In this document: piece by piece, positions 49,687-61,396 of the stretch
Position numbering within the stretch: position 1 is the stretch's first letter
How the letters are laid out: the number at the start of each line of letters is the position of its first letter
Assembly (NCBI RefSeq): GCF_030028105.1
Contig: NC_092376.1
Span: forward strand, 29,310,009-29,371,404
Direction: 5' to 3'
DNA: 61,396 nucleotides
From: Mobula birostris
Taxonomy: Eukaryota
The notes under the pieces: model-generated
Database searches by the model: none
Seen by the model: only the letters and a program-made list of their open reading frames with translations
What the model was told of the DNA's origin: nothing
Translations under genes and position numbers: made by a program

Positions 49687-50770
49687 ACATAGAATCATAG
49701 AAAACATACAGCACAATACAGGCCCTTCGGCCCACAAAGCTGCGCTGAACATTTCCCTACCTTAGAACTACCTAGGCTTTACTCATAGCCCTCGATTTTT
49801 CTAAGCTCCATGTACCCATCCAGGAGTCTCTTAAAAGACCCTATCGTTTCCACCTCCACCACCGCTGCCGGCAGCCCATTCAACGCACTCACCACTCTCT
49901 GTGCAAGAAACTTACCCCTAACATCTCCTCTGTACCTACTTCCAAGCACCTTAAAACTATGCCCTCTTGTGCTAGCCATTTCAGCCCTGAGGAAAAGCCT
50001 CTGATTATCCACGCGATTAATGCCTCTCATTATGTTATACACCTCTATCAGGTCACCTCTCATCCTCCGTCGCTCCAAAGAGAAAAGGCCAAGTTCACTC
50101 AACCTATTCTCATAAGGCATGCTCCCCAATCCAGGCAACATCTTTGTAAATCTCCTCTGCACCCTTTCTATAGTTTCCACATCCTTCCTATAGTGAAGCG
50201 ACCAGAATTGAGCACAGTACTCCAAGTGGGGTCTGAACAGGGTCCTATATAGCTGCAACATTACCTCTTGGCTCTTAAACTCAGTGCCACAATTGATGAA
50301 GGCCAGTGCACCATATGCCTTCTTAACCACAGAGTCAACCTGCGTAGCAGCTTTGAGTGTCCTATGGACTCAGACCCCAAGATCCCTCTGATCCTCCACA
50401 CTGCCAAGAGTCTTACCATTAATACTATATTCTGCCATCATATTTGACCTACCAACATGAACCACCTCAAACTTATCTGGGTTGAACTCCATCTGCCACT
50501 TCTCAGCCCAGTTTTGCATCCTATCAATGTCCCGCTGTAACCTCTGACAGCCCTCCACACTATCCACAACACCCCCAACCTTTGTGTCATCAGCAAATTT
50601 ACTAACCCATCCCTCCACTTCCTCATCCAGGTCATTTATAAAAATCACAAAGAGTAGGGGTCCCAGAACAGATCCCTGAGGCACTCCACTGGTGACTGAC
50701 CTCCATGCAGAATATGACCTGTCTACAACCACTCTTTGCCTTCTGTGGGCAAGCCAGTTCTGGATCCACA
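49687..50770 (-). mobile_element. CR1 LINE 3' 1.1 kb
   Basis: ORF 50370..50771 has [30 protein letters not shown] 49779..50330 is the C-terminus. Confidence 0.96.
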
Positions 50771-50789
50771 TCTCTGCAGATTTTAAAAG

Positions 50790-51250
50790 GCTGACGTTAG
50801 GAAGATAAGTGGGTGCGAAAGGGTGAAGGAGAGGGAATGCTGTGAGAACTGGAAGGTGATAGGTGGAAGTGGTAAAGGGCTAAAGTAGAAGAAATCTGAT
50901 TGGAGAAGATTGTAGATCGTAGAATAAAAGGAAGGACTTGGGGAACCAAAGAGGGATGTCATGGTCATGTCCTGAGCACGGGAAGGGAAGGGAATCAGTG
51001 AGAGGGCCACCAGAAATAGGAAAACAAAGAGGGGGGAAGTGGGAAAGCAAGGAAAATAGAGGGCTACCTTTCCCCTCACCTAGAAACACCCTTTTCCTGC
51101 CAGCTTGTGCTCTTACCTCTCCTCCCACATTTATTCTGGCTTCTAACCACTTCCTAATGAAATGTTTTGGCCCAAATGTCGACTGTTCATTTCCGTCCAT
51201 AGATGCTGCCTAATCTGCTGAATTTCTCCATCATTTTGTGTGAGTTGTTC
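50790..51250. mobile_element. Penelope tails in inverted arrangement
   Basis: Purine-rich minus-strand tail followed by a pyrimidine-rich plus-strand tail ending GGCCCAAATGTCGACTG..ATAGATGCTGCC. Confidence 0.7.
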
Positions 51251-51516
51251 TGCTTCATAGACTTTTTCTACACCTCTTGCTGCCTTGCTAAAGCAGCCAG
51301 CGTAATGAAAGATCCTACCTTCCTGGACACTCTCTGTTTTCTCCCTCCTACCGGGTAGAAGATACACAACCCTGAACGTACGTACTAACATTTTCCAAGA
51401 CAGCTTCTGCCCAGCTGATACAAGAATAAACAAAGGTGCCCTAGTATCATAAGATGGACTGTTGACCTCACAATCTACCTCTTGCATCTCATTGTCTGCC
51501 AGCACTGTACCTTATT

Positions 51517-51860
51517 TTAGAGGCGTACATTGTGTGGATAGTCAGAGGCTTTTTCCCAGGGCTGAAATGACTGCCACAAGAGGGCACAGGTTTAAGGTGC
51601 TTGGGAGAAGATACAGAGGAGATGTCAGGGTTAAGTTTTTTATGCAGAGAGTGGTGAGTGCGTGGAATGGGCTGCCGGCAATGGTGGTGGAGGGGGATAC
51701 GATAGGATCTTTTAAGAGACTTTTGGATAGGTACATGGAGCTTAGAAAAATAGATGGGTATGGGTAAGCCTAGTGATTTCTAAGGTGGGATATGTTCAGC
51801 ACAACTTTGTGGGCTGAAGGGCCTGTATTGTGCTGTAGATTTTCTATGTTCCTATGTTTC
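51517..51860 (+). mobile_element. CR1 3' end, inserted in a Rex 3' fragment (about 51260-51910)
   Basis: [31 protein letters not shown]. Same subfamily as 49687-50030. Confidence 0.92.
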
Positions 51861-51911
51861 TACTCTGTTAATTGTTTTACCTTATACTACCTCAATACCA
51901 CTGACTTAACT

Positions 51912-52350
51912 TACAGGTTAATCTTTAGGGAATCCTGCGTTCAGACTCCCAAGTCTCTTTGCACTTCTGATTTCTGAATTTGCTCTTTGTTTAGAAAATA
52001 GACTATGCCTTTATTCTTTCTACCAAAGTGCATGACCATACACTTCCTGACACTGTATTCCATCTGCCACTTCCTTGCCCTTTCTCCTAATGTGTCCAAG
52101 TCCTTCTCTAGTCTCCCTACCCCTTCAACACTACCTGCCCCTCATTCTATCTTATATCACCCACAAAATTAGCCACAAAACCATCAATTTCATCATCATT
52201 AGCATATAATGTAAAAAGTAGTGGACCCAACACTGAGCCTTGTGAACTCCCACTAGTCACTGGCAGGTGACCAGAAAAGGCTCTCTTTATTCCCACTCTT
52301 TGCCCTCTGCCTGTCAGCCTATCTTCTGTCTATGTTAGTATCTTTGCCAA
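51912..52350 (-). mobile_element. CR1 internal RT fragment
   Basis: Reverse complement of 9900-10160, plus [14 protein letters not shown]-like sequence. Confidence 0.8.
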
Positions 52351-52585
52351 CATCTCTAAGTACTAAATTTTGAATAATAGTCAGTTCTTTCAGTTCCTCA
52401 GTCTTACTAGACCCTTTCTTCTCTAAAATACCTTGTAGATACCTTCTGCCTCTTCGTGATGACAGGAGCAAAGTAATTATTAATTCCACTTCCATTTCCT
52501 CATTTCCTATTATAATTTCTCCTGTCCTTTCTTTAAGAGCCCAGATTTGCCCTCGCTAGTCTTTTCCTATAAAAGTATCAATAAA

Positions 52586-52957
52586 ATTCATTCATTCATT
52601 ATGTGCTTTGTTGTATGACATGAGCGATCGTGGCCTTGACCATGATTGTTCTAGGCAAATTTTTCTGCAGAGGTGGTTCGCCATTGCCTTCTTCTGAGTC
52701 GTGTCTTTGCAAGACGGGTGACCCTAGCCATTATCAATACTCTTCAGAGACTGTCTGCCTGGCATTAGTAGTCACATAACCAGGACTTGTGATAGGCACC
52801 AGCTGCTCATATGACCATTCACCACCTGCTTCTGTTGCTTCACGTGACCCTGATCAGGGAGTGCCATACCTTGCCCAAGGATGTCCTGCGGGCTAGCAGA
52901 GGGAAGGAGTGCCTTTTACACCTCCTTTGTTAGAGACGTATCTCCATCCTGCCACCC
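52586..52957 (-). mobile_element. RTE-related SINE or bipartite non-autonomous element with (TGAA)n tail
   Basis: Contains GAGGTGGTTCGCCATTGCCTTC, the reverse of the GAAGGCAATGGC.AACCAC motif of RTE/BovB-derived SINEs. Confidence 0.6.
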
Positions 52958-53148
52958 AAACCAAATATATATGTTTTTTTTGTGTGACTGTATGTTTATT
53001 GCAATTTTATATGTGTTATATGTGCCTTGTGGTGTGTGCGATTGTTGGTACTGTGTTTTGCGTCTTGGCTTTGGAGTAATGCTGCTTCATTTGGCTGTAT
53101 TCGTGTATGATTGAATGATAAACTTGAAATTGAAAATCTGTTACCATC

Positions 53149-53280
53149 TGAGTCCTGACGAAGGGTCTCGGCCCAAAACGTCGACTGTACCTCTTCCTAT
53201 AGATGCTGCCTGGCCTGCTGCGTTCACCAGCATTTTTTGTGGGTGTTGCTTGAATTTCCAGCATCTGCAGATTTCCTCGC
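53149..53280 (+). mobile_element. Solo Penelope-derived terminal repeat
   Basis: About 130 bp, starting at the hammerhead motif, with no coding remnant. Confidence 0.82.
53151..53186 (+). ncRNA. Minimal type I hammerhead ribozyme-like motif (best-preserved copy; G12 appears mutated to A)
   Basis: AGTC-CTGACGA-A-GGGT-CTCG-GCCC-AAAAC-GTC-GACT. Stem I is AGTC/GACT, stem II is GGGT/GCCC, and a palindromic ACGT replaces stem III. Confidence 0.65.
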
Positions 53281-53934
53281 ATTACCATCTGTTTTTATGT
53301 TTCCTGGCATTCTACACTATCTTCATTTTCTTTATCTATTTTTGAATCCAAGATGCTCTGTATCCTTATGTTAATACCATTTCTAGAAATACTGTGAAAC
53401 GTCTTCCTTTTGAAACTACCTTTAATATTTTTTCTGTTCTGCCAAAGATGAATAAATTTCCTTTTGGGTTTTAGTGATGTCAAATAGTCTTCCTTTTGTA
53501 ACTTGCTTCATTTCTTAAACTCTAGCTAATTCCTGTGCATCCTCATTAACTTGTAATATATTTTTCACTCGACTGGAGTCGACTGTCATTTTATACCCTT
53601 GTTCTTTTTTGTTTAACACCCTAGTTTCACATCAAATTATATCATGTTCAAATCCAATGTAAAATTCTATCATCTCCCACAAAAGCTCCTTAACCCCAAG
53701 ACATTCCATGAATTAATATTCCGTGTTATGATGTAAAATCAGAATCAGGTTTATTATCACCGGCATGTGACGTGAAATTTGACCAGTCCAAATATTAGGT
53801 TAAAATCTCCCATAATTATCCTACTACCCCAGTTACTCATCTTGCTATGCCACATTAATATTAAAATTACTATTTGGTATCCTATAAAAACACTTCCACC
53901 AATGTTTTCAGCTCTATATTATCTGTGTAACTGT

Positions 53935-54140
53935 GTAACAGGCAGCTGTGGAGGCCAAGTCTTTAGGTATATTTAAGGCAGAGGTTGAACTGTTCTTAAT
54001 TGGTCAGGGTATGAAGAGATACGAGGAGAAGGCAGAAAATTGGGGCTGAGAGGAAAATTGGATCAGCCATGATGAAATTGTGGAGCATACTCGACGAGCC
54101 CGGCATAATTCTGCTCCTATATCTTATGGTATTATGGTTA
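53935..54140 (+). mobile_element. CR1 3' end
   Basis: Paralogous to 10630-10840. Confidence 0.85.
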
Positions 54141-54652
54141 TTTTTTAGCTCAATATAAATTGATTTCTATTCAACATCATTATCTTGCATGATAATATTA
54201 TTTTGCACCAATCTTTTCCTTTGTTTATCGTACTGCATCACCTGGTAAGTTTAAAAGGAGTGTGGGAAAGATCACCTGGTCACTCTGATGTTGAATTGGG
54301 GGGAGATTTCCAAATAGTCACTGGACTAGACATGCCAAGGCATCATCCCTGAAAAGGATGGCAGAGTGTTAGAGTGAGTTTTTTTTGGGTAGATGATTTG
54401 TTTACACTTAAATGACTTCTATTCCACCAGACTTCTATTTGACAAGGTACTGTGCATTGAGTCCACCACAATGGGCTTCCAAAAAGGTGTGAATAGCAGA
54501 TGCTTCTGGCACCATAGTTTGACCAGATGCTGTAGTTTCAAAGACAGTATTATCTATACATTATAAATATTAATTGTCTTCTATGTTAGCACGTAAAATG
54601 CCAAATAAGTGTATTGTGGTTGAGCTAGAGGCTGTGGATACCAACCCAGACA

Positions 54653-54929
54653 TGTTGGCGTCGGAAGGAAAGGATGAAATCCGAAGTTGTGATGTTTGTA
54701 TGTAGCTTCAAAAGGAAGCATTGTCTTAGCATTGTCTATAACTTTTTAAGTAGCGATTACCTTTGTATTTAGCGTATAAATATCGAGCCCACATGGAACT
54801 AGCAGACCTTTCTGCAGAAAGCGTCTCCGTCTGTAAGATGCCTGCTGTACCTTGTTGTGTCGAATAAAGAAGCTGCTTTGTATCTACCAGTGACTCTGTC
54901 TCTCCGGTAATTTCATCCATGCTACAACA
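54653..54929 (+). mobile_element. Probable solo LTR
   Basis: TGTTG...CAACA termini, TATAAA at 54775 and AATAAA at 54863. No clear TSD, and the left edge could extend to about 54612. Confidence 0.55.
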
Positions 54930-55249
54930 CAGAGTTTGCCATCAAAACGTCAATTATAATCGATACCTGTACCCGGCTGGAAGCCTGAGAAGAGTTTACT
55001 CCAAATTTACACTTGTAGGACTTTGTTATAACACTCTATGACTCTAACCTATGGACAGGATTCACCTTAACCCTAGTGTTGTAGGCAAGTAAGTAATTTC
55101 TGTATGGAAGCCTAATTTGTCAAGACCAACAGCAAATTCTGATGTGCCTAGATGAAAGTTCTGTTACTGTGATGGATGCAGTCAGACAAATAATGGGTTT
55201 GGGTTCACATATTGGCAGATTTTACAGTGATAAGTGAAATATGAGATGG

Positions 55250-55525
55250 GTGGTAAATCTGGGAATTCATTGTCACAGATGGCTGTGGAGGCAAAGTCGC
55301 TGTGTATATGTATATATGTATGTGTATATATATATATGTGTGTGTGTATATATAAAGCAGAGGTTGATAGGTCTTTAATAAATAAGAATGTCGAAGGTCA
55401 CAGGGAAAAGGAAGGAGAATGGGTTTGAGAAGGATAATACATCAGCCATGATGGAATGGTGCAGCAGGCTCAATGGGCCAAGTGGCCTAATTTGGCTCTT
55501 CTGTCTTATGATCTCGCAGTCTTAT
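55250..55525 (+). mobile_element. CR1 3' end with an internal (TA/TG)n expansion
   Basis: CR1 3' UTR motifs. A microsatellite at about 55301-55353 replaces the short TGTATATTTAA segment. Confidence 0.85.
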
Positions 55526-56957
55526 TTGAATTAAATTATCTTAAAGGCAGTCTAATCTAAGGGGTTATAGCCTTTAATGGCTGATGACATGATAGAAAAA
55601 TAATTGAATCTGGATTTACTGGTCTGCGTGTCTTTATTGTCGAAAGAAAAACTGACCGTATTCATAGTGTTGGAAAATTAACAGCATAATCGCCATTAAG
55701 CAGGTAATTACACTTCTGGCAGTGAGACTATGAGCAGTTTTACTGCTTGTTGCATGCTTAAAATCGGTTTGTCGGATCAGCAAATGATCGCCTCCAGTAT
55801 ATAGCAATTATTAGGTGCTAAGTTTAATTAATAAGTGCTTTTTCTGAAATCTCAAAGGCTTTATGATACCAGCAGTATGTCAGAATTGAAGCTGATTTAA
55901 TTGGACTGGTAGGCTGGCGCTGTTGCTCTCTGTGTACGTATTTCTCAGGCATTAAGCTGGGGAAGAGGAGCAGACTTGTTATGCTGAGGCTTTGCCTGAT
56001 TTCTCCATTACTGTGGATGGACATAGGAGATGAGCCTACAGATTTAGCAAAACTATCTAGAACAAAAGGTGCATTCTTCTGCAACATCAACCTTCTTTCA
56101 ACATAGAATTGTACTCTTTACATGTACTGCAAGAAAAAGCAGAGAAAAAAGTTAAGTTGGAAATTCACCAGGCTGGAAAACTTGTTTGGTTACATCCACT
56201 AAGATGCAGTAAACCGCTTTCCCAGTCTTGTTGCCCCAGGTAGAATTGAGTGTATAATCGAAACCTGCCAAGTATTGATGTGATAAATCAATCACATCAA
56301 TGCTGACATTCCCCAGACCTTTGAGAGGTTGCTATAAAATTTGATGTATTTTGGGGCAGTGCATGGCTTCATCTACAGACATATGATCACGATCAGACGG
56401 TTCCAATATCCTGGTGAGAAACATCTCCTTATACATTACCTGGATGCTTTTCACCAGATAGTTGTGGACATATGTGTCTGATGTAACACTTGATTTAGTA
56501 TTTGTTTGCTAGAGCACACACAACTTCTGCAAGACGTAGGTCCTCTATCAGCCTGTCCCTGCTGTACAACAGTGAAGATTCACGGAGAACGTGATCCACT
56601 TTTCACATATCGCAAGCCACCTCTGTGATGGCAGACACTCATAATGAGATTAAAATCACCTTCAATGGACCAATACAGCTTTTAGCTGTGTGAGGAAAAA
56701 GGTATTTGAAGATAAAGATCTCAGACCTGGTCCAAAGCTCATGACCGACAAGGCAGTAGGGATTCTTTCCTTATCCATGCTTCTGAGACCTGAACTACCT
56801 ATAATGGACATGTCATGGCACTAGAACACTACCATGAGGGCTGTCTTTGTAAAATGCTCCAAATTTACTAGATTGGTGAGCAGGTCTAGGTCATTGCCCT
56901 TTCCTAGGCCAACATACCTAACAATGAGGCCTAGTGTTACATCCAGTCAGCTATAGT

Positions 56958-57310
56958 ATGTTCAAAGGTACACTGAATGTCAGGGAAATGTATACAATAT
57001 ACATAATGAAATGCTTTTTCTTTGCAACCATCCACGAAAACAGAGGAGTGCCCCAAAGAATGTATAACAGTTAAATGTTAAAACCCCAAAGCCACCCCAG
57101 CTTCCTCCTCCCACGCATAAGCAGCAGCAAGGCAATGGTCCTCCCTCCCCCACCAGCAAAAAAGCATCGGCACCCCTCACTGAGCACTCAAGTGTGCAGC
57201 AAAGCATCAATAAAGACACAGACTTGCAGTACCCCAAAGACTACTCGCTCACCTGGTATCCAACACGCCACAGGCTCTCTCTCTCTCTCCCTAATAAGGG
57301 AAAAAGAGGT
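56958..57310 (-). mobile_element. 3' part of the non-autonomous element seen at 34273-35086
   Basis: Reverse complement of about 34735-35080. Confidence 0.8.
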
Positions 57311-57321
57311 GGCTACGTGTT

Positions 57322-57680
57322 TCCTTTGGGAGGTCACATTGTTTGCATGCCTGGCACCAGCCTTCGGAAATGGAAACAGGAAGAGATTACAGGCACACAG
57401 AGGAAAAGGCTTAAGGATGTGTGCAAAGCCTCTTGAGAAAACATCCCCATTGACTCCTGGGAATCCCTGACCCATGACTGCTCAAAATGGCACAGCAACA
57501 CTGCAGATGGCACACAGAAATTTGCTTGACTACCTCACCAACAGGCACTTGCTGTCCCATCCGTGGAAGCATACATAGTTCTCACATTGGCCTCATCAGA
57601 CATCTCAGAACCCACAAAAAATCAAAGCGGAGCCAAGATATTCTTGAAATTGATTGGCTGCTCATGAAGAAGAAGAATAT
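57322..57680 (+). mobile_element. RTE (BovB-like) LINE 3' end
   Basis: GHIVCMP..GKRL..QRKRLKDVCKAS and SHIGLIRHLRTH. (GAA)n tail. Confidence 0.75.
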
Positions 57681-58704
57681 GTAATATTGAACAATACTAT
57701 TTTTCAAATGGAGTCATCCTTTAAGTGTTGTTCCACGTGAGGAAGTACTGACTAGAGGTGCCATGGGACTTAGTTTAAGAGAGTCCCAAAATGAAGTAGT
57801 GCAAAAGAAAGCAGGCTTAAAGATAAAAGGAGAAAAAAAAGGTGCTGGAAAGCTGAAATAAGAATAAATAATACTTAAAATGATCAGCAGGTCAGGCAGC
57901 AGGTGTGGAGGGGGAAGGAGTTAATGTTTCAGGTCAAGAAACTCGAGCATGTATGACAGAAATGGTTTTTGGACATGTCAAAGTAAGTAGATTGTAAGTA
58001 ACTGTTTGTGTAGATGGTTGAGAATCTATTGAGAGCAAATACTTAATAGCCGGGTACAAAACTCATGGTTCATTAGGCAGTATTGATTCCTGCCTTGTAC
58101 ATGCTTTTGAGACCTGAACTGCCTACAATAGATGTGTCAAGGCATTGGAAAGCTGATGAGTGGTCCCTGGTCTCCAGTCCCCAGTCCCCAGTCCCCAGTC
58201 CCCTCAAACTGTTTTCCTCTCTCCTGTCTTCCCATGAGTTCCCTCAGCCTGTGCGAATAATCATTCAATTTTTCATTATTCAGATCAAGGCCACAGAATG
58301 AATGTCCAGATATGGTCTTTGATGCGGAGTGGATATAGCCATTGGACTTTGTTGCCTCTAGTCGCCACAGTCTTTGAAGACCCCACATGACCTTTGATGT
58401 TCCAGTAGGTCAACACTTCATGTTAGTTTGCCCATTATATACCATCATCTCCCTCACACAGATCAATCTTCCTGAAGATCTCTTTCTGACAATTGATAAT
58501 ATCACCTCGTCTCCTCCAGATTAATGATTGTACAGACATGGCTTGGCTTATCTTTATTTGCCATCCTTCAAAGCAACAACCAACTCATTGTGTGCAGAGC
58601 AGCCACACAATAGTGAAAGCCGCTTTGGCCATGAGAATCACAGATTTATTTCCACTGACTTAGCTAATGTGAAATTTGGTTTTTGGTGGCACCAGTACAT
58701 TGCA

Positions 58705-58960
58705 AAGACGTAAAAGGGTTCAATTACAACCACTGTCGTAATGGAGCTTGTATGCTCTCCCCATGACCGGATAGATTTTCTCTTGGTGCCTGACATTCCA
58801 AAGACGTATGGGTGAGGGATAGTGAGCCGTGGGCACGCTATGTTAGCGTGTGAAGCGTGGTGACACTTGTGGACTGCCCAGCGCAATTCTTGCTGGTTTG
58901 ATTTGGTGCAATTGATGCATTTCACTGTATATTTCGATGTACATGTGACAAATAAGGCCG
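58705..58960 (+). mobile_element. HE1/V-type SINE
   Basis: Same core and TGTACATGTGACAAATAA tail as the 20533 and 22207 copies. Confidence 0.7.
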
Positions 58961-58984
58961 ATCTCTTTAAAGTTACTACGAATT

Positions 58985-59260
58985 ACAAAAAAGTACGAAC
59001 AAAAGGAATAATGAGTTCATGGATCATTCAGAAATCGAATGGAGGGGAATGAGCTCTTTCTGAATCACTGAGTGTAGGTGTTCAGGTCCTTGTTCCCTCC
59101 TTCCCAATGGTAGTAGTGAGCAGAGGGCATGCCCTGCACGGTGAGGGTGATCGATGCAGCCTTTTGTGGCACATCCTCTTGGAGAAGTCCTCGATGGTGG
59201 TGAGGTTTGTTCCCATGAGTGGGCGGGCTGCATCGACAACCCTCTGCAGCCCATTATGAT
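58985..59260 (-). mobile_element. Rex1/Babar-type LINE 3' fragment
   Basis: IDHPHRAGHALCSLLPLGRR motif. Confidence 0.7.
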
Positions 59261-59701
59261 TCTGTTTTTTACTTATTTATTTTACATTTCACCTCAGTTC
59301 TGCAGAATTTCCTCAGGTCAGTACAATCTTTATCACATTGTTTACAGATAAGGTACACAATTCTTTAACCTTTAAATCCTCCATCAAGTTCCTCATCATG
59401 CCCTTTGAATTAAAATTTAAAAATTATTCACAGCTGGGAGATCAGCGGACATAGCGGGGTGAGGGATTGAGGAGGAGGAGGAGGAGGAGGGTAAGTGGGT
59501 TTGATATTTATAAAGCTGTCAGTTGGCTTGTTAAGCTGCAGAAACCCCCTTTTACTGGGCGTCTCTGGAAATGTGCCCCACTAGCGGCCACTGGATTCCG
59601 CGGCGAGAAACCCACCTTTCCCCGGCTTCGTACATCGAGGGTGTATGTGACTTTGATCCTGCCAAATCCGTGAGGTCGGGATGTCTTGCCTAGCCCTGAT
59701 T

Positions 59702-60303
59702 TGTGTGAATGCTGTGTGATTTATTGCCCCCAGCAATCAATTGTTGGCCAGAAATAACAGTTTGTACACTGTATAATCAGAAATATATTTAAGAGTGTTA
59801 ACTTACGCCAACAGTTATTAGAGGAAAGAAAGAAAAAAACAAAAAAGGCCCATTATACTTCATGGTGGAGCTAAAAATCTTGAAGTTGTTTGTAACTCAT
59901 GTGCAGGACCCTCGGTCTGTGTGAAAGCACACTCCACTTTCTGAAGGTTGCTCGAAATCTATCTTGAACGAAAAGGCTCTCCCATGGGAGTATTGGCCCT
60001 TCCTCCTCAAAGCCATTCATCTGCACAAAGCACTTTGTGCAACAGGGACGGCATCCTCAGCCATCTTCCCTCCTGTCTTCTTCCAGCTCCTGCCAACAAA
60101 GACCTCTCCATCCAGCATTCTCTAGAACCTTCTCCCAATTCCACCATTCTGATTGAGTGACACCACATTCCCAAGTGGAACAACAAAGCCTCTTATCTCA
60201 GCTCAAACCCAAACAGGCTGAAAGCAGAACAGACTGCTCTTACAGAACTGCTAAGATGAAATACCTACAGCATAGCAGTAAGAATCTTAACCAGGGCATT
60301 ACA
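59702..60303 (-). mobile_element. Possible solo LTR
   Basis: Minus strand starts TGTAATGCCC at 60303 and ends ..TTCACA(CA). About 600 bp, non-coding, no TSD resolved. Confidence 0.4.
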
Positions 60304-60707
60304 GCTGTTTGATGAATAAAATATCCAAGATGATAACTTAAACTAGGAACTATTTCTGGTATCTTAGAGAGTTCATAAAGAAAGATGCTGAGACAATGCT
60401 TCTAGCAAACAAATTCTCAATTCCCTTATCACATTTGAAAATGTTTCCTATTTGGTGAGAGGGCTTCTATTTCTTTTAACAGGCTTTGCAGGGCAGGTTT
60501 CAGGGAATAAGCCTTTTAAGCACTGATGAAGAATATGTGGCTATTGAGGACAATTCCAGTGAGAATAAGGTATTGGTCACTGATTCAATAGAAGGTGGAA
60601 TTTTGAATGAATGTCAAGTTATTATGTGGGCAGTCTCTTGAGGATTATTTCTATGGTAGATAAATAACTCTAGGTATACATGCATCAGAAAAGCAAATTT
60701 GTTTGAA

Positions 60708-60880
60708 TAAACACAAAAGATCCCGCAGATGCAGGAAATCCAGAGTAACTCACACAAAATGCTGAAGGAACTCAGCAGGTCAGGCAGCAGCTATGGAGGG
60801 GAATAAACAGTTTAAGGGTCTCGGCCTGTAATGTCGACTGTAAATTCCTCTCCTTAGATGATGCCTGAACTGCTGAGTTT
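60708..60880. mobile_element. Palindromic pair of Penelope terminal repeats
   Basis: AACTCAGCAGGTCAGGCAGCAGCTATGGAGGGGAAT ... ATTCCTCTCCTTAGATGATGCCTGAACTGCTGAGTT around a partial hammerhead motif. Confidence 0.78.
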
Positions 60881-61004
60881 ATTGGATAAATTATTTGGTG
60901 TCTGGCCAGATATAGAAACAGGAGAGTGACGTTAAATTTTAATAAAATCAGCAAACTTGCAATGGAGACACAATGTACTGCAGATAATGGAATCTGTAAT
61001 TCCG

Positions 61005-61330
61005 TTCTCAGACATCTGATATGTCTGCCTTTTTCAGGAAGGGTGGTTCCCCTCTACAGTGGTTGAAGGAGCCCTCACTTACATTCCCCCTATTTCCCAC
61101 ACTTCTGCTCTCATGCTCATTTTGTGGAACTTGTAATTGTTATCACATTTTTTTTTCGAACTTTCACCCTGCCCTCTAATTCACTTGGCGTATTTCTAAC
61201 ACCTCCCTCCCTTTTCAGGAACTCCGTCTCCATCTCAAGAGGCAAACTCGCCACTGACTTTACTATAAACCCATGCATCCCAGGGTGACCTCAGTTACAC
61301 CTACTCTCACCCAGTCTCTTGTAAGAATGG
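61005..61330 (+). mobile_element. Penelope RT C-terminal fragments
   Basis: Degenerate FHPAL.FTW..S.TSLPF..LS.SI...YYKP...SYT.SHPVSCKN and FFRKGGSP..VVE.AL. Confidence 0.7.
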
Positions 61331-61396
61331 CAGCATTTTGCCTCAGTAAGACCATAAAAAGATAAAATACATGAACAGAATTAAGCGATTTGGCCC

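Overview
This is eukaryotic, vertebrate-type genomic DNA, intergenic or from a large intron, and it is dominated by decayed transposable elements. The mix (CR1, Rex1/Babar-type LINEs, RTE, HE1/V-type and other tRNA SINEs, Penelope, Tc1/Tigger/hAT, Gypsy) fits a cartilaginous fish, probably a ray. That assignment is an inference from recalled repeat families, not from a search. No host protein-coding gene, rRNA, genuine tRNA or CRISPR array can be supported, and nearly all long ORFs are retroelement fragments. The most notable signals are: (1) about nine copies of a minimal type I hammerhead-ribozyme motif (CAGTC-CTGAnGA-A-GGGTCTCGGCCC-GAAAC-GTC-GACTG), carried by Penelope-derived terminal repeats that often sit alone or as inverted pairs; (2) an R4/Dong-clade site-specific retrotransposon in a four-level nested insertion; (3) a chimeric hAT-Charlie/hAT-Blackjack/Tigger element; (4) a TA-flanked Tigger element with a long internal palindrome; (5) a cluster of templated-insertion scars in a CR1 copy; and (6) a few repeat-free islands with promoter, enhancer or exon-like signals (35.6-36.1 kb, 39.6-40.5 kb, 55.6-56.0 kb). 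Boundaries of degenerate repeats are approximate.
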